Virus record (IMG/VR): IMGVR_UViG_3300033463_000020
From: a virus
Lineage: Duplodnaviria; Caudoviricetes
Strand: one strand, 5' to 3'
Length of the DNA: 64,000 nt
Shown: in pieces, positions 46,490 through 58,463 of the stretch
Numbering within the stretch: the first letter of the stretch is position 1
Layout: every line of letters starts with the position of its first letter
Position numbers and translations under genes: made by a program
Notes under the pieces: generated by a model
Seen by the model: only the letters and a program-made list of their open reading frames with translations
What the model was told of the DNA's origin: nothing
The model's database searches: none

Positions 46490-48327
46490 AAGATAATAAA
46501 GAACCTGACAAGAAACTTGGCCGTCCCAGACATCCACAAGAAGATGTGCCGGTCAATGAAACAACGCAAGAGCGCTTGGATATGACGGATTCGTCGAATC
46601 CAAATTCCGAAGAGTATATATCGATTGACGACCTTACCCGGCGTTGGCGTAATACGTTTCAAAAAATAGCAGCTTTCAATGGAGCGCCCGGTATTGGGAC
46701 GGTCGCGGCGAAGTGGAATAAATTAAATCCATTTTTGCAAAACCAACGTATTAAGGAGCTCTATACGCGTGCTAAAACTTACAGCAAGGCCAATATTGGA
46801 GATTTCCTGGCGGATCCCGGCAATCACGAAAAAGAATTACGCAGCTTAGGCTGGGCCAATTCTAGTTCACAGCAAATATATTATAATATATTGCGGCGTG
46901 CTTGTGACATACCAGAGTATAATTACTTTATTCTTCCTGAGTTGCACAAGGACGCCTATAGCAGGGGCGATTTTCGTGATGAAGATGCACTAGTACAAAA
47001 CTGGTTAGAAACATTCAACGTCCCTCTGACTTGCAAGACGATTGCATTAGAGGTGAAGCGCGAGGGCAAATCCAGTTATTTATTGCGTAATAAGTTTTCT
47101 GGGCAAGGGAAAACTAAAACAACGGCTTTCTGTGCTCTGCAAAAAATGCCCACAGACTGGATTAAAATTACCGGCAAGGGTCAATTGGGGTTCACAATAT
47201 CATTTGACATGATGTATTTCCTAAACATTGCTAATTCACCTAGTGATTTTGGCGAGTTTATGGAAGCGGCATGGCATGATATTGTGGAGAACGGTGTGGT
47301 TGTTTCAGACACGAGCGGTAAGTATGAGCTGAATCTGGAAGTCGCAGCAAATTATGTTTTTCATTACGCAGGCGATGATTATCGTAGTACGATTGAAAGC
47401 GTTCGTCGTGGGCGGCAACAAAACTATATGTTTTGGTTGAGAATGCCATACGATCTTTGCTACACGTTTGGAAGCGATAACTCGCATCCTTGGGTAGCAC
47501 CGGATACGATGGGGCTAATGCTGAAGTTATAGGAGCTGACCGATTATGGTCAATTAGCGGGACTAATTGCTAGTACGCCATTAACCGCCGTATTGACGGG
47601 GGAGATTGAAACGATTCCGTAGCCCCGGGCGGGGAAAAACGAGTCGGTGTTCAGTCCTGAAGTCATTCAGGGGTATATGCAGCAATTTAATGAGGCAACC
47701 TCGACGAATGTTGAGGCGTGGATGTGGCCCGCGAAGAACATTAAATTACAACAATTGTCAGCCGACGTTAACTCCTCTGATATTATTAGCACTGCCACGA
47801 GTAACTTTTTGGAGTCGGCCGGGGAAGGTGGCTTGACTATTGCCACGGAGAAACCCAATGTAGCACAAGTTGTTGTAGCCAAGCAGTTGGCCGCCTCGCA
47901 GCAAAGATACGTGACTTTGCAGTTTGAATAGGTGTTAAACTTTATTTTACGGCACAAGCTCGGTTTTAAATACGAATGGCGTATCCGGATCTGGGGCGAT
48001 ATTTTTAACCACGATGACGAGAAGAAATATTTAAAAGAAATTGTTTCCAATGGTAATATCGCATTGTTGCCTAAACTGATGTCAGCAGAGGGCATTTCAA
48101 TGCGCGATACAAAAGCGATTGTAGAATATTTACAAGACCTAGATTTTTATAAAGATTTTTCTACTTATACGCAGATTAAATCTGCCGCCCTGGGGCAGAA
48201 AGAGCAGACTGACACCGGCAGCTAGAATCCGGTGGGCCGTCCAGCTATCCCAGACGGTAATGTAGAAAATGACGCGACGGCGGCTTCGAAGGCCAGTGGG
48301 ACTAACACCGCTGAAAATCGCGAATAA
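46486..48327 (+). CDS. portal protein (SPbeta-like), 613 aa, 4 TAG
   Basis: position after terL; three track fragments in one frame; C-terminal GRP...D.T..S...G.N tail; TAG at 47530, 47620, 47929, 48223. Confidence 0.75.
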
Positions 48328-48349
48328 CGCATGGGGGTAAAGCAAAGTT

Positions 48350-48850
48350 ATGAGGATGAGCGAAGAGTCGTACGATCGCCTTAATGCACTCACCGCTATG
48401 TGTTTCAATGCAAATGCGGTGTTTGATAATTTGGCATATAATCTGGACTACCATTATTATGCCAATATTAGTAAGGTCGTACATTTACACGTGGCACATG
48501 TGATGCCGGAGTGGGCGGATTTAATTACAGAGGAGATGATCCAGCTGTCTGCACGTCCGGTGCGCCGTGCTATAGGTGGCTATGATACTGATTACCAAGA
48601 CCTAAAAGAGATCTTTACAGTAATGCTAAACACCTTGTTAGAACTACGATAGGCGACAAGGAATTTGATTGATGCGGCAGACATGGATGGGGATGACGAG
48701 GTTAGGATCTTTGGTGAAGAGTTTTTAACGATTCTTAAGCCGTATGTGAAACAAGCAGAAGAGTGGATTAATGCGGCGGAAGTATTAGACGCCAAGGATT
48801 TTAACATACACATTCTAGATTATACCCATTTTATACCCCTGAACTCGTAA
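48350..48850 (+). CDS. ferritin-like four-helix protein, 166 aa, 1 TAG (48650)
   Basis: size and helical pattern, H...AH...ADLI...RPV and AD..GD..V motifs. Confidence 0.5.
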
Positions 48851-48871
48851 CGTGGGTATAGGGGGATAATT

Positions 48872-49357
48872 ATGGAAATTGGTTAGGTTATTCTTGCGAT
48901 TGTGCTTGGGTGCGTTGGCTCCACGGCCTTATTTGGCTTTATTTAGTTTCTAATTACCAGAAAAGACAATAAAACCGATAAGCTGGAAGAGCTGGGCACC
49001 AAAATGGACACAATGGATCAGAAAATTACTGCGTAGATTACCAAAATTGGTAATGATACTGAGGCCAAATTTACAAAGCTGAATGACGATCTCACCATTA
49101 AGTTTAATGAGATTAATAATAAATTAAATGATTTGGAGCTCGGTAGCTGTCGTGCACAGCTTTTGGCCTTAATTGATAATCACCCATTAAATGCGGCTGA
49201 TATTTATAAATTGGCCGAGTATTATTTTGTAACCCTGCACGGAGATGCCTTTATGTCGGAAATTTTTAAAGGTTGGGTAAAATCTCGCGGGGAAAAACTG
49301 CCAGGTTGGTTTTTGGTATTATATCCGGACGCTTCGGGAGGACAAGATAATGAATAA
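48872..49357 (+). CDS. membrane-anchored coiled-coil protein (holin/lysis-associated-like), 161 aa, 3 TAG
   Basis: N-terminal TM ending LFGFI[TAG]FLITRKD, followed by a coiled coil. Confidence 0.65.
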
Positions 49358-50849
49358 AAACACTAAGATGTTCCTCGAAGTGGACGCTAGTCAAATTGAC
49401 ATTCGTCAATTGCTGCAAAAAGACTTCTTGGAACTGTCAATGCGTGCGATTAGCAGTGCCAATCCTAATCGTAACAATTCATGGTTTACGCCAGAGGCGA
49501 TGGCCAAAGCGTTGCCGACATTTGTAAACAAGCCTATTTTGGGCTATTTTGAAAACGACGACTTCGTGAGTCACAACGGCACCTGGGGGCACGACTCTGA
49601 GACAGAGTTGGACTATTGGGACACCCTGGGTCAGAAGGGCGAGCGCATTTTAGGCATTGTTCGGGAGTCCGATACCGTGAGCATCGTTCAGGACAAGGAT
49701 GGATTATCTTGGATCACTTTCACTTGCGCGCTGTGGACTCAATATAGCTTTAAACAGGTTAAACGGTTAATTAAAGATGCCAAGCGTGCACAAAAGCGCG
49801 GAGGCACGACAAAAAATATATCTGTTGAGGTCGATATCTTGGATTACGAGATGTTACCCAATGGTGTTATGAAGATTAATGATTTTAATTTGGTCGGGGT
49901 AACGATTTTAGGCTCTCGGAATGGTGTTCCGGTAGAACCTGGGATTGAGAACGCAGAGCTTTCTGTGGTCGATGTAATGGGGCGTGAGATATATGCGCAT
50001 CAGGCAGAGACACTTCGCTTGGCGTATGCCAAATTGGATGGACCCGCGGCTGAACAAAAGGAGGAAAACCAGGTGGAGAAGAAAGATCAAATCTCAGAGT
50101 CTGAGGTCGCCGCTTTCGAAGACGCTTCTGATCAGCCGGAAAATGAGGTTTGCCCCGAGTGTGGCAAGAATCCTTGTGAGTGTGAAAAAGCCCCGGCTCC
50201 GGATGAGGAGTGCAAGAACGAAGCTGCTCCTGCTGAGGAATGTAAAATGGAAGATGGCGCTGCGCCGTCTGTCGACGAGTGCAAAAACGAGGCCGGTAAT
50301 GATGCCGAGTGTCCGGAAGATGAGTGCAAATTGTCTGAGGAGGGGTCGGATGAAGATGAGCCCGCTGAAGAGGGGGCTGATGAGGATGAAGATCCAGAGA
50401 CAGAATGCAAGGCATGTAAACACGAGGCCGAAGAGGCGTCCGCAGAGCCGGCACCTGTAATCGAGCCTATAGATATTAAAGAAACTGATGAGTATAAGGC
50501 GCTGGCTATACAATATGCCGAGGCCACGGAGAGAATCGCAGCCCTAGAGCACGAACTGTTCACGATTCGTGCTGCGGCTTTCTTAAGCACAGCAAATTTG
50601 GAGTCAGACGTGGTCAAAAACTTCCAGGCGCAGTGCGATAACCACGAGATCGGAGATCTCGATGCGTTGCGTACCGCCGTCGCCCTGTATGTTTTTGAGC
50701 ATCGTGAGCCTGTTGCAGCTGCTACTGAAACCGCGACATTCTCGGGCCCTGTGACGGCACCGGATGCTGGTGCTTGGCAGAAGGGCGGATCTAAACCCGC
50801 TAGCACTGTTGACCATTGGTCGGCATTGCACGAGTATGTCGGCAAATAA
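49350..50849 (+). CDS. prohead protease/scaffold protein
   Basis: NRNNS.F...NKPILG, ISVE, GVTILG...PG; acidic C-terminal scaffold; precedes the capsid genes. Confidence 0.75.
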   Translation: MNKNTKMFLEVDASQIDIRQLLQKDFLELSMRAISSANPNRNNSWFTPEAMAKALPTFVNKPILGYFENDDFVSHNGTWGHDSETELDYWDTLGQKGERILGIVRESDTVSIVQDKDGLSWITFTCALWTQYSFKQVKRLIKDAKRAQKRGGTTKNISVEVDILDYEMLPNGVMKINDFNLVGVTILGSRNGVPVEPGIENAELSVVDVMGREIYAHQAETLRLAYAKLDGPAAEQKEENQVEKKDQISESEVAAFEDASDQPENEVCPECGKNPCECEKAPAPDEECKNEAAPAEECKMEDGAAPSVDECKNEAGNDAECPEDECKLSEEGSDEDEPAEEGADEDEDPETECKACKHEAEEASAEPAPVIEPIDIKETDEYKALAIQYAEATERIAALEHELFTIRAAAFLSTANLESDVVKNFQAQCDNHEIGDLDALRTAVALYVFEHREPVAAATETATFSGPVTAPDAGAWQKGGSKPASTVDHWSALHEYVGK

Positions 50850-50981
50850 TTGTATTTATTATGTGTGAGTGTTAATGTGCCCACGAGTTCTTGGTTGGTA
50901 CGCCGAAGCCGATCAGGCATCAGTAGCGCATGTTAATATACATATTTAAATATCACTCTAATTTTAAAAGGAGACATTGAT

Positions 50982-51518
50982 ATGGCAAATGTTTTTAAGA
51001 GAGGCAAGATGCTGTCTGGCGTCGCCGATTCCTATCTTGCCAATGCTATAGCTGAGGTTGCCGTTCCGGATGGAGCGCTTGTAACCCTCGGCGACCTGGT
51101 GGCTGACACCACCTACGACGCCAATGGCGTTGAATATGATACTTATGAAGCTGCTGCGCCTGCGGCTGCTACCGACGAAGTCGTTATTGTTGACTACGCC
51201 GGTATTTCCGAGGGCGAGATTGCTGGGAACGTCTACAAAGAGGGCATTAAGCTCGTTGGCCTGACTGTTCCGGCTGGCAGAATTATGCGCGTGCGCAGAC
51301 TTGCTCTTCATGACAAGTTCTGGCTCGGCGCGGACAACTTTGAGTCCACTCCTGTTGTTGGCGAGTATGCTGTGGCTACCGCTAGCAAGTTCACGCACAC
51401 CCCGGATGACGAACTCCCTGCGAGTGGTTACGCCATCAAGGTTCTCGTCGAGAACGATCTCAACCAAGGCATGAAAGTCAATGGCAAGATCTATCTCTGC
51501 GAAGTTGTCCAGCTCTAA
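50982..51518 (+). CDS. capsid decoration/cement protein
   Basis: position, strong RBS, highly biased codon usage. Confidence 0.65.
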   Translation: MANVFKRGKMLSGVADSYLANAIAEVAVPDGALVTLGDLVADTTYDANGVEYDTYEAAAPAAATDEVVIVDYAGISEGEIAGNVYKEGIKLVGLTVPAGRIMRVRRLALHDKFWLGADNFESTPVVGEYAVATASKFTHTPDDELPASGYAIKVLVENDLNQGMKVNGKIYLCEVVQL

Positions 51519-51539
51519 TAAGAAGGAGGATCAGTAATT

Positions 51540-52625
51540 ATGGAAAAGTATTTTGCTTACACCAAGACTGCTGACGAGTCCTTCAATTCCCTTGTTGATT
51601 GCACTCTCGATCTTGCGAGAAGCTGCTATGAAGGCAAGAAGGGCTCCGACTACGAAGCTAAGAATACTGAGCTCGTAAAAGCTATGGGAAAGAAGGCCGT
51701 CGAGGGAACTCGTTACGAGGCCGATTTTGAGGCCGAAGGCCTTGCTATTTACAACCGTCCGATGGTCAAGAACAACAGCACTGTTCGTGACAACTTTAAC
51801 GCTGTCATCGCCCAGGTTGTTAATGCCATCGTTCCTGAAGTTGTCAACGATACTTTCTCGAAGTTCATCGCTGAGGTTCATCAGGTTGGATATGGCGACA
51901 CTGCTCGCTTTATCATTGAGTCGAATGATCTCTTCAAGGTCAACCAGAAGGCCGAGGGTGTCCGCAAGGGCGTCGATCAGCCGATGTTTGACGATGAGAT
52001 CACCGTCAATGCGAGCCCCGTGACCATCGATGCTTGCATTGACTGGTATCCTTTCGCTGCCGGCGTTTTCGATATGGGCAACTTTGCTCTTAAGATCGGC
52101 CGCAGCTTCATGGGTTATATCTTCCTTAAGGCTGTTAAGGGTATGACCCAGGCCACCACCGATTTCGGCGCTGCTTACACCACCAATGGTGTTTCCGTTC
52201 AGCTTTTCGGAACTCTCCGTGAGAGAGTCTCTGCTGCGAACGGCGGCATGAGTGTTGTTGCTGTTGGTACGGCCATCGCTCTTGCGAACTGCTCGCTCGG
52301 CGGTAACTACCAGGTTCAGATTGGCGAAGAGATGAACAAGGTTGGATACCTTGATCAGTATCTCGGAGTCCCGCTGATTGGTATCAACAATGTTCTCGTT
52401 CCTGGAACGACCAACGGTGCTGCCACCCTGGCTCTTCCCGACAACAGAATTTATCTCATTCCGGTCGGCGGTGCTCGTCCGGTCAAGATCGTCTTCGAAG
52501 GCGACGAGATTTCTGTGGCGTTCAATCCTGATGAGACCTCTGACAGACGCTATGGCATTTCTGTCGAGCTCAGAGTCGGTGTTGCCGCTGTTGTTGGACC
52601 CAAGTACGGAACCATCATTCTCTAA
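51540..52625 (+). CDS. major capsid protein
   Basis: 361 aa, strongly optimised codons, position after scaffold and decoration genes, followed by a stable hairpin. Confidence 0.8.
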   Translation: MEKYFAYTKTADESFNSLVDCTLDLARSCYEGKKGSDYEAKNTELVKAMGKKAVEGTRYEADFEAEGLAIYNRPMVKNNSTVRDNFNAVIAQVVNAIVPEVVNDTFSKFIAEVHQVGYGDTARFIIESNDLFKVNQKAEGVRKGVDQPMFDDEITVNASPVTIDACIDWYPFAAGVFDMGNFALKIGRSFMGYIFLKAVKGMTQATTDFGAAYTTNGVSVQLFGTLRERVSAANGGMSVVAVGTAIALANCSLGGNYQVQIGEEMNKVGYLDQYLGVPLIGINNVLVPGTTNGAATLALPDNRIYLIPVGGARPVKIVFEGDEISVAFNPDETSDRRYGISVELRVGVAAVVGPKYGTIIL

Positions 52626-52660
52626 TCTTTAGATTAGACCTAAAACCTTAAATACAGGAT

Positions 52661-52698
52661 CGTATTGCGGGTGTGGCTTCGGCCACCCCCGCAATACG
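52661..52698 (+). terminator. stable hairpin with cUUCGg loop after the capsid gene (terminator or mRNA stabiliser; no U tract)
   Basis: CGTATTGCGGG-TGTGGC-TTCG-GCCAC-CCCCGCAATACG. Confidence 0.6.
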
Positions 52699-52735
52699 GC
52701 TATCAAGATTAAAAGGAATGCAAGGAGATTCAGTT

Positions 52736-53365
52736 ATGTCAGATGATATTAAAACTACTGCTACTAAAAAGGGTCCCACCAAGGCCGAATTAGAAGCACA
52801 GATTGAATTATTGAAGGCGCAGCTTGCGCTTGCACAGCAAAACGCCGCGGCACCTGCTCCGGCGCCGGCGCCGACGCTAGCCACCAGTGATGTGGCTGTA
52901 GTGTATTGCTCTGATAGCTTGGGATATGCCAAGATCAGCAATATGGAGCTGCATTTCACCAGGTATGGCGAAGAATTTGTGATGTCTCGTGTACAGTTTG
53001 ACGAACTGGTCGGTAAATATCGTAGTTGGTTTGATCGCGGTGTTCTGACCGTATCATACCGAAACGCTGACGTGGCTTCTGCCAAGGGGCTGCGTACCGA
53101 TCGTGAAGTAGCTTTGGACGCCGAGACTCTGGAATCAATTGGACGAATGACTGCTGCACAACTCGAAAGTTTGTGGAACAGGCTAAATTTGCCGGCGCAG
53201 AAAGATAGCATTGTGTGTTTCTATAAGCGTAAATTTGTAGACGGTGATGCCGCGTATCGCAATCGTGAAAAGGTTGATCTTTTGAACCGTCTTACCGATG
53301 GCGGCTTTAAGCGCGAGCAGGACGAACTCAGCGGTAGATATAAGGTCGATACAACCACCATGTAA
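52736..53365 (+). CDS. head-associated hypothetical protein
   Basis: AAGGAG RBS, MSDDIK...; position after the major capsid gene. Confidence 0.7.
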   Translation: MSDDIKTTATKKGPTKAELEAQIELLKAQLALAQQNAAAPAPAPAPTLATSDVAVVYCSDSLGYAKISNMELHFTRYGEEFVMSRVQFDELVGKYRSWFDRGVLTVSYRNADVASAKGLRTDREVALDAETLESIGRMTAAQLESLWNRLNLPAQKDSIVCFYKRKFVDGDAAYRNREKVDLLNRLTDGGFKREQDELSGRYKVDTTTM

Positions 53366-53389
53366 TGGTGTGTGAGCGGGGTGAGTTAT

Positions 53390-54091
53390 ATGATACAATT
53401 TTATGATATTTTCGAGCGAGCATTTAATTTGTTTTCTGACCCCGACATTGACCGTAAGTATTATAATGATCAGGCTGGTTTCCAAGCAGATATGCTCGAT
53501 TTTCTTATTCTTGGTAAAAACAAATTCACTTCCCCGACAGCTATCACAGACAAGCTGTGCATTTGCGCAGAGCCTGTGGGCTATACGGAGAGCGATTCTG
53601 GTGATGGCACCGCAACGTATGTCTTAGAACAGGCAGTTGCCAACGAGGGTGTCGGCGTAGGCTTCACATATTGTATCGGCACCGAGAAAGTACGCGGCTC
53701 TTATGACGCCACGAACAATTCGGTGACCTTTGAACGTGCAGTCGCTGCTGATGAAACGTGGTCTGTTGCTTGGTTCTATGCTGGAGCATTTACATCAGAT
53801 TTTTCTGGATGCTTACGGCCCGATTTCCCAATGAGCGCGATTTTAGACAAGGTTATTAATATCTTGGCCTATGCTCTGTTATCCGCCTGGGGTGACAAGG
53901 AAGTGGGGCGTGTCTTAGAGGTTCGCAATATTTTAACGGACACAGATTTTAAGATGTATTCTCCGGCAAATTCGGCGAGGGCAAAAGTTGAGTGGCGCAA
54001 TCAGATGAATAAGGACATGGACACATTGGTGTCTGAATTAACTTGGAGAATCATGTCGACGCCGAGAGGAGGGTCCAGTTTTGGAAAATGA
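53390..54091 (+). CDS. head-tail adaptor-like protein
   Basis: F.DIFERA...DFKMYSPAN pattern and position. Confidence 0.6.
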   Translation: MIQFYDIFERAFNLFSDPDIDRKYYNDQAGFQADMLDFLILGKNKFTSPTAITDKLCICAEPVGYTESDSGDGTATYVLEQAVANEGVGVGFTYCIGTEKVRGSYDATNNSVTFERAVAADETWSVAWFYAGAFTSDFSGCLRPDFPMSAILDKVINILAYALLSAWGDKEVGRVLEVRNILTDTDFKMYSPANSARAKVEWRNQMNKDMDTLVSELTWRIMSTPRGGSSFGK

Positions 54092-54425
54092 ACTTGATAC
54101 TGGTTCTGCTACCCCCAAAATTCGATTCTCTGCTGGCGAGGAGCAAGGGTGCTTTATCAATCTGCGGAGTTAGTTAATTAAGTTGCTGTACATGATTGAG
54201 GCAGAGTAGCGTGGCGAAGAAGATATTAGTCTATGGTTTTACGGCTTTATGTTCGAGCTAGCATCTGCTAACACATTGTGCGACAACAAGTTGCTCAAGG
54301 TGTTAATTAAAATACACGGCTTATATGATAACGAAGCTTATAAAAGTATGACCCATGCGTAGATTAAACGTCAGATTATGGAATCCAAGGGGATTGTCGA
54401 TCATTTGATCCACGATCCACGATGA
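54081..54425 (+). CDS. neck-region protein, 114 aa, 3 TAG (missing from the track)
   Basis: GAGGAGG RBS before TTG; open to TGA when TAG=Gln. Confidence 0.75.
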
Positions 54426-54441
54426 GCACGGAGGGCAAGCT

Positions 54442-55629
54442 ATGGCGCGTAAGGTGATTAACACAACTCACGCCGCCAATCGTTACGACATCTTGTCACA
54501 AACTCCCAAGAATTATAATTCAGAGAATTATTTTTTAAAAGAGTTACAAGAAAAAGTTGATTTTGATTGGCCCTATCGTCCTAACCGTGTGGACATTGAA
54601 TATGAGAATGCCTGGGGGCAGCAAACATATTCACCAATTGAGGTAGTCATATAGTCCGTTCGCTCAGAAAAGGGCACTGCGATTTCAGATGACTCGAAGA
54701 AAATAGTTTTCCGTGATATTTTAGAGAAGCGCTTTCGCGTCGGCAGTCGTTTTCGGTTTGGAAACTTTACCGGCCAAAATGGTGTCGAGGACGTAGATGC
54801 GCTTGATCGAAATGTATGGCTTGCCGTTAATGATAATTCTACCAATATGACTGCAGCGGTAGTTGTAGAACGGTGCAATGGTTTGCTGGGTAGTTGCTGG
54901 ATTGATCCGGCAACGGGATTGTCCGTCTATCATTACGAACCTGTGATTCTGCCGTAGTTTTTATCATCGGTTAGTTTATTATACGAGAAAACGATTGTCG
55001 AGGCTGATGCCGACGTAGTCGCTATTGTACAAACAAACGCATATACGCGCAAGTATTTTACGAATTAGCGATTTATTTTGGGCTATGGTGCCGAGCGAAA
55101 ACAGGTTTATCGAATTAAATCGATTCATGATTTTTATAGCAGTACCACCTCTATTGCTAATCATGTACAAGAGTCTCAGGGATTGACTCGTTTGTATTTG
55201 GAAATTACCGAAGCCTCCCCTGCAGATGATTTTGAACATCGTATTGCGGCGCAAACCGCTGGTTCTCCGGTAGTGGTGAAGCCGATTGAGCCCGACGCAG
55301 TATATACTCTCGGGTTTGCTGGGTTGACCCCGGTGCCAGCTTACTTAGGTAATGACGCGCTGATTTTAACGCCCCAGCTAATTGCGGCGGATGGCAGCGC
55401 GATACCGGCAGCGTTTACACTCACATGTGAACTGGAAAATCTGCCAGAAGGAGTCGCAATAGAATCATACTTATCCGTATCACAGGAAGGCTCGACGTTC
55501 ACTTTGAAACGTCATCATGCATATCTAGGCGGAGATTTAATCTTACGGTGGTGCGTTAGTGCTGCCGATTCTCCGACAGGAGCCGATCTAGAATATACTA
55601 TGTCACTGGGGATGGGTCAGTATGCTTGA
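54442..55629 (+). CDS. head-closure/neck-like structural protein, 395 aa, 3 TAG
   Basis: track fragments in one frame; ERCN and N[TAG]RFILG motifs. Confidence 0.7.
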
Positions 55630-55645
55630 CGGGAGGTAAAAGGAT

Positions 55646-56356
55646 ATGGGTTTATATCAGTATGACCAATATAATAATTTTAATCGTTTTATCAATATTG
55701 ATGCTATTGAGGCCAAAATTATTGAGCATTTAATTCACTCGACGACCAAGTATGGAAACACGATATGGCAGCTACTAAAGTACCCCTCACGCGATGCTTT
55801 GTGGAAGAAGACTCCCACGGTCGATGAGCGTGTGGCGCTGGTCGAGGGCAGCACGTCATCTACGGAGAACAGTGAAATGCAGCATAAGCGTGTATTTTAC
55901 AAACCGTTCTCGGATGATGCCGTCAAAGATGAGTGTTCGGTACTGTGTTTGTATTTGGGAGGAATTTATCCCGTGGATGCTACACAGAGCGTGGTAAGTT
56001 TAGTCGTCGAAATTGCGACACACAATCATATTAATACGGTTGCCGGTGAGAGTGACTTTATAGCACATCCCAGTGTCACCAATCCAAATGATTACTATGA
56101 GAGCGATACCGCTCCTGTGGTTCAATATAAGAGTCGCGAGTCAGTTTTGCTAAAATGCGTTTTGGCCGAATTGAACGGTTTATTTATTGACGGTGTTGGT
56201 TACCTGTAGTTCAATACGCATAAACTTCTCGAAGGACGCAGCATTGGTAGTTCGGCTACTATGTCCGTTTATGATGGGCGTTCTTTTTATGGACATCGGA
56301 TCTTATTTAACGTTCCGATGTCGGGTATGTCAGAGGTCCCGGATTTTGGAGTTTGA
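55646..56356 (+). CDS. tail terminator-like protein, 236 aa, 1 TAG (56207)
   Basis: LNG..IDGVGYL[TAG]FN; position before the tail tube gene. Confidence 0.6.
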
Positions 56357-56371
56357 TTTGGAGCCCGCGTG

Positions 56372-57355
56372 ATGTCTGAATCCTTAGAACGCGTTCCGGA
56401 TAATAAGTATGGCTTATTACCCAAGGATATTGTTGATTTACTTAGAGAGTATGAGTATTCGTATTTCCGCGAAGACAAGCCAATCCCATTCTGCGGTTTG
56501 ACCATTTATCCAATTGTGGTACGGGACTTCGAGGTGTTTTCCCATTGCGCCTCTTGTTTCACCTTGAACAAGAATGAGGATGCGAAGGGTATCCCGGTAT
56601 CACATCTTGATTATCTTTTGAGCCGTATGCAGCTTGAAAATAAAGATGAAGCTCAATTATGGTCATATCGCGTACATAAAATTTTCGAGCTAATTTTCCA
56701 CATCACCAACGGTTTAAAGTGTAAAAAATGTGGGCACCTCATCGCCTATAGTGACCCATAGTTTTTAGAATTTGCACGCGCGATCTAGCGCGTGATAGCC
56801 GGGGAGATACAGGAAGGCGAAGCCCCACCCTCATTAAAATGCCCAGAGTGTGAGGGGATAGAGTTCGACGAAATGATCAAAGTCGTCAAGGATGATCAAA
56901 ACAGGAATGCGTTGGTCATCGATGGGCACACTATTAATCGGCGTGATTTTAATAAGTTACGCCAAATCGTTTTATATCAAAATTTCTACGACTATGCGGA
57001 CGATTCTTGGGTTGATCCCGAAATTAAACGAGACCATGACGAAAGAATGCGTTTAGAGCAGCAAAAGAATGATGTACATGCTTCTATTGAAAAGAAGGTA
57101 GTATGTCTCTCTATTGCAACTCATTATACGTTTGCTGAAATTTATGATATGACGATCCGAAAGTTCACCATGGCCTTGGCCACCGTGGACGATTTAATCA
57201 ATTATAAAATTATGAAGCAGGCTGTCTCGAGTGGATTTGTGTCCTTGCCCAAGGGGCAAACCATTGAGCATTGGATTTACAAGCCCAATAAAGATATGTA
57301 CGGTGATTTCTATCGAAGCACCGACAGTGTCACCGAAGCCGCTTCTAATTTATAA
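56372..57355 (+). CDS. tail-region protein with a Zn finger, 327 aa, 2 TAG
   Basis: CKKC and CPEC are joined across TAG 56759 and 56786; IYDMTIRKF...IEHWIY. Confidence 0.7.
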
Positions 57356-57394
57356 GCATACATCAAAAATATCTTATTCAAGGAGATAAAAAAT

Positions 57395-58459
57395 ATGGCA
57401 AAGTATTTTTTAGGATCTGTTGGTAAGGCTGAAGCGTTCAGACGTGGCGACGATGGCAAGCTGACGCTCGCGTTCGTCTCTAAGACTCTGACTGACTCCG
57501 GTCTGAATATCAGCACGACCAAGGATGACATTCGCGCTGGCGAGGGCGCTCCTATCCAGTTCAGTTTCTACCATGACTCCAGTGTCGAAGTTACCCTGAC
57601 GGATGTTCTCTGGAAGAGAGAGTATCTCGAGGCCCAGCTTGGTGCTCGCTTCACCAGTGACGGTACTGGCACCGATTATATCAGTGAGACTCTTACGGCC
57701 GCCAGCGGCAAGCTTACTCTGGGCCACACGGTCGAGAAGATGCCCCTGCAGTGTGCCGACGGCGATGCCTACATTGTATGGTATTCTCCCGCTGGCCAGG
57801 ACGATTGGAAGTCTTATTCGGCTGATACGGCCATTACCGAGGTGGCTGTTGACGGAGCCGATGGAACCGAGTATTGTGTTCGTTATCTTGCGATTGATTC
57901 TCGTGCGAAGGTCGCCGAAATTACCTCGACCATCATTCCCGAAGAGCTCTTCCTCATCATCACCGCTCCGATCTTCGCCGGTGACGCTTGCGCTGCTTCT
58001 CGTGGAAAGGCCGCTGGACACATCACCTTCGAAATTCCGAGATTCCAGCTCAATGGCGCTCAAGAGTTCTCTATGAACATGAGCTCCAACCAGACGATGT
58101 CTCTTGCCGGCGTGGCGCTTGCCGCCGCTGCGGAAGATTGCGACACCTCTGCGGGTAAGCTGCTTCGGATCATCGAAGTCATCTCGAATGAGGACTGGTA
58201 CACTGACGTCACCTCCCTCATCGTTGACGAGGATTCTCTCACCGCTGGTGAGAAGCCTGTGGTTTATGCGCTGCATCAGAACGGTTCGCTCACTCTGTGC
58301 GACAACAGCAAACTGATTTACCGCACCTCGAGTTCGGGCGCTTACACTGCCATGACCGCTGCGTACACCTTTACTTCTGGAACCATTTACCTGAACATCA
58401 ACAAGGGCGATAACGAGGCGTTCTTGGCCTCCGACGAGACTGTTACGGTTGCTGCCTGA
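57395..58459 (+). CDS. major tail (tube) protein
   Basis: optimised codons, beta-rich sequence, position; no TAG. Confidence 0.75.
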   Translation: MAKYFLGSVGKAEAFRRGDDGKLTLAFVSKTLTDSGLNISTTKDDIRAGEGAPIQFSFYHDSSVEVTLTDVLWKREYLEAQLGARFTSDGTGTDYISETLTAASGKLTLGHTVEKMPLQCADGDAYIVWYSPAGQDDWKSYSADTAITEVAVDGADGTEYCVRYLAIDSRAKVAEITSTIIPEELFLIITAPIFAGDACAASRGKAAGHITFEIPRFQLNGAQEFSMNMSSNQTMSLAGVALAAAAEDCDTSAGKLLRIIEVISNEDWYTDVTSLIVDEDSLTAGEKPVVYALHQNGSLTLCDNSKLIYRTSSSGAYTAMTAAYTFTSGTIYLNINKGDNEAFLASDETVTVAA

Positions 58460-58463
58460 GTAA

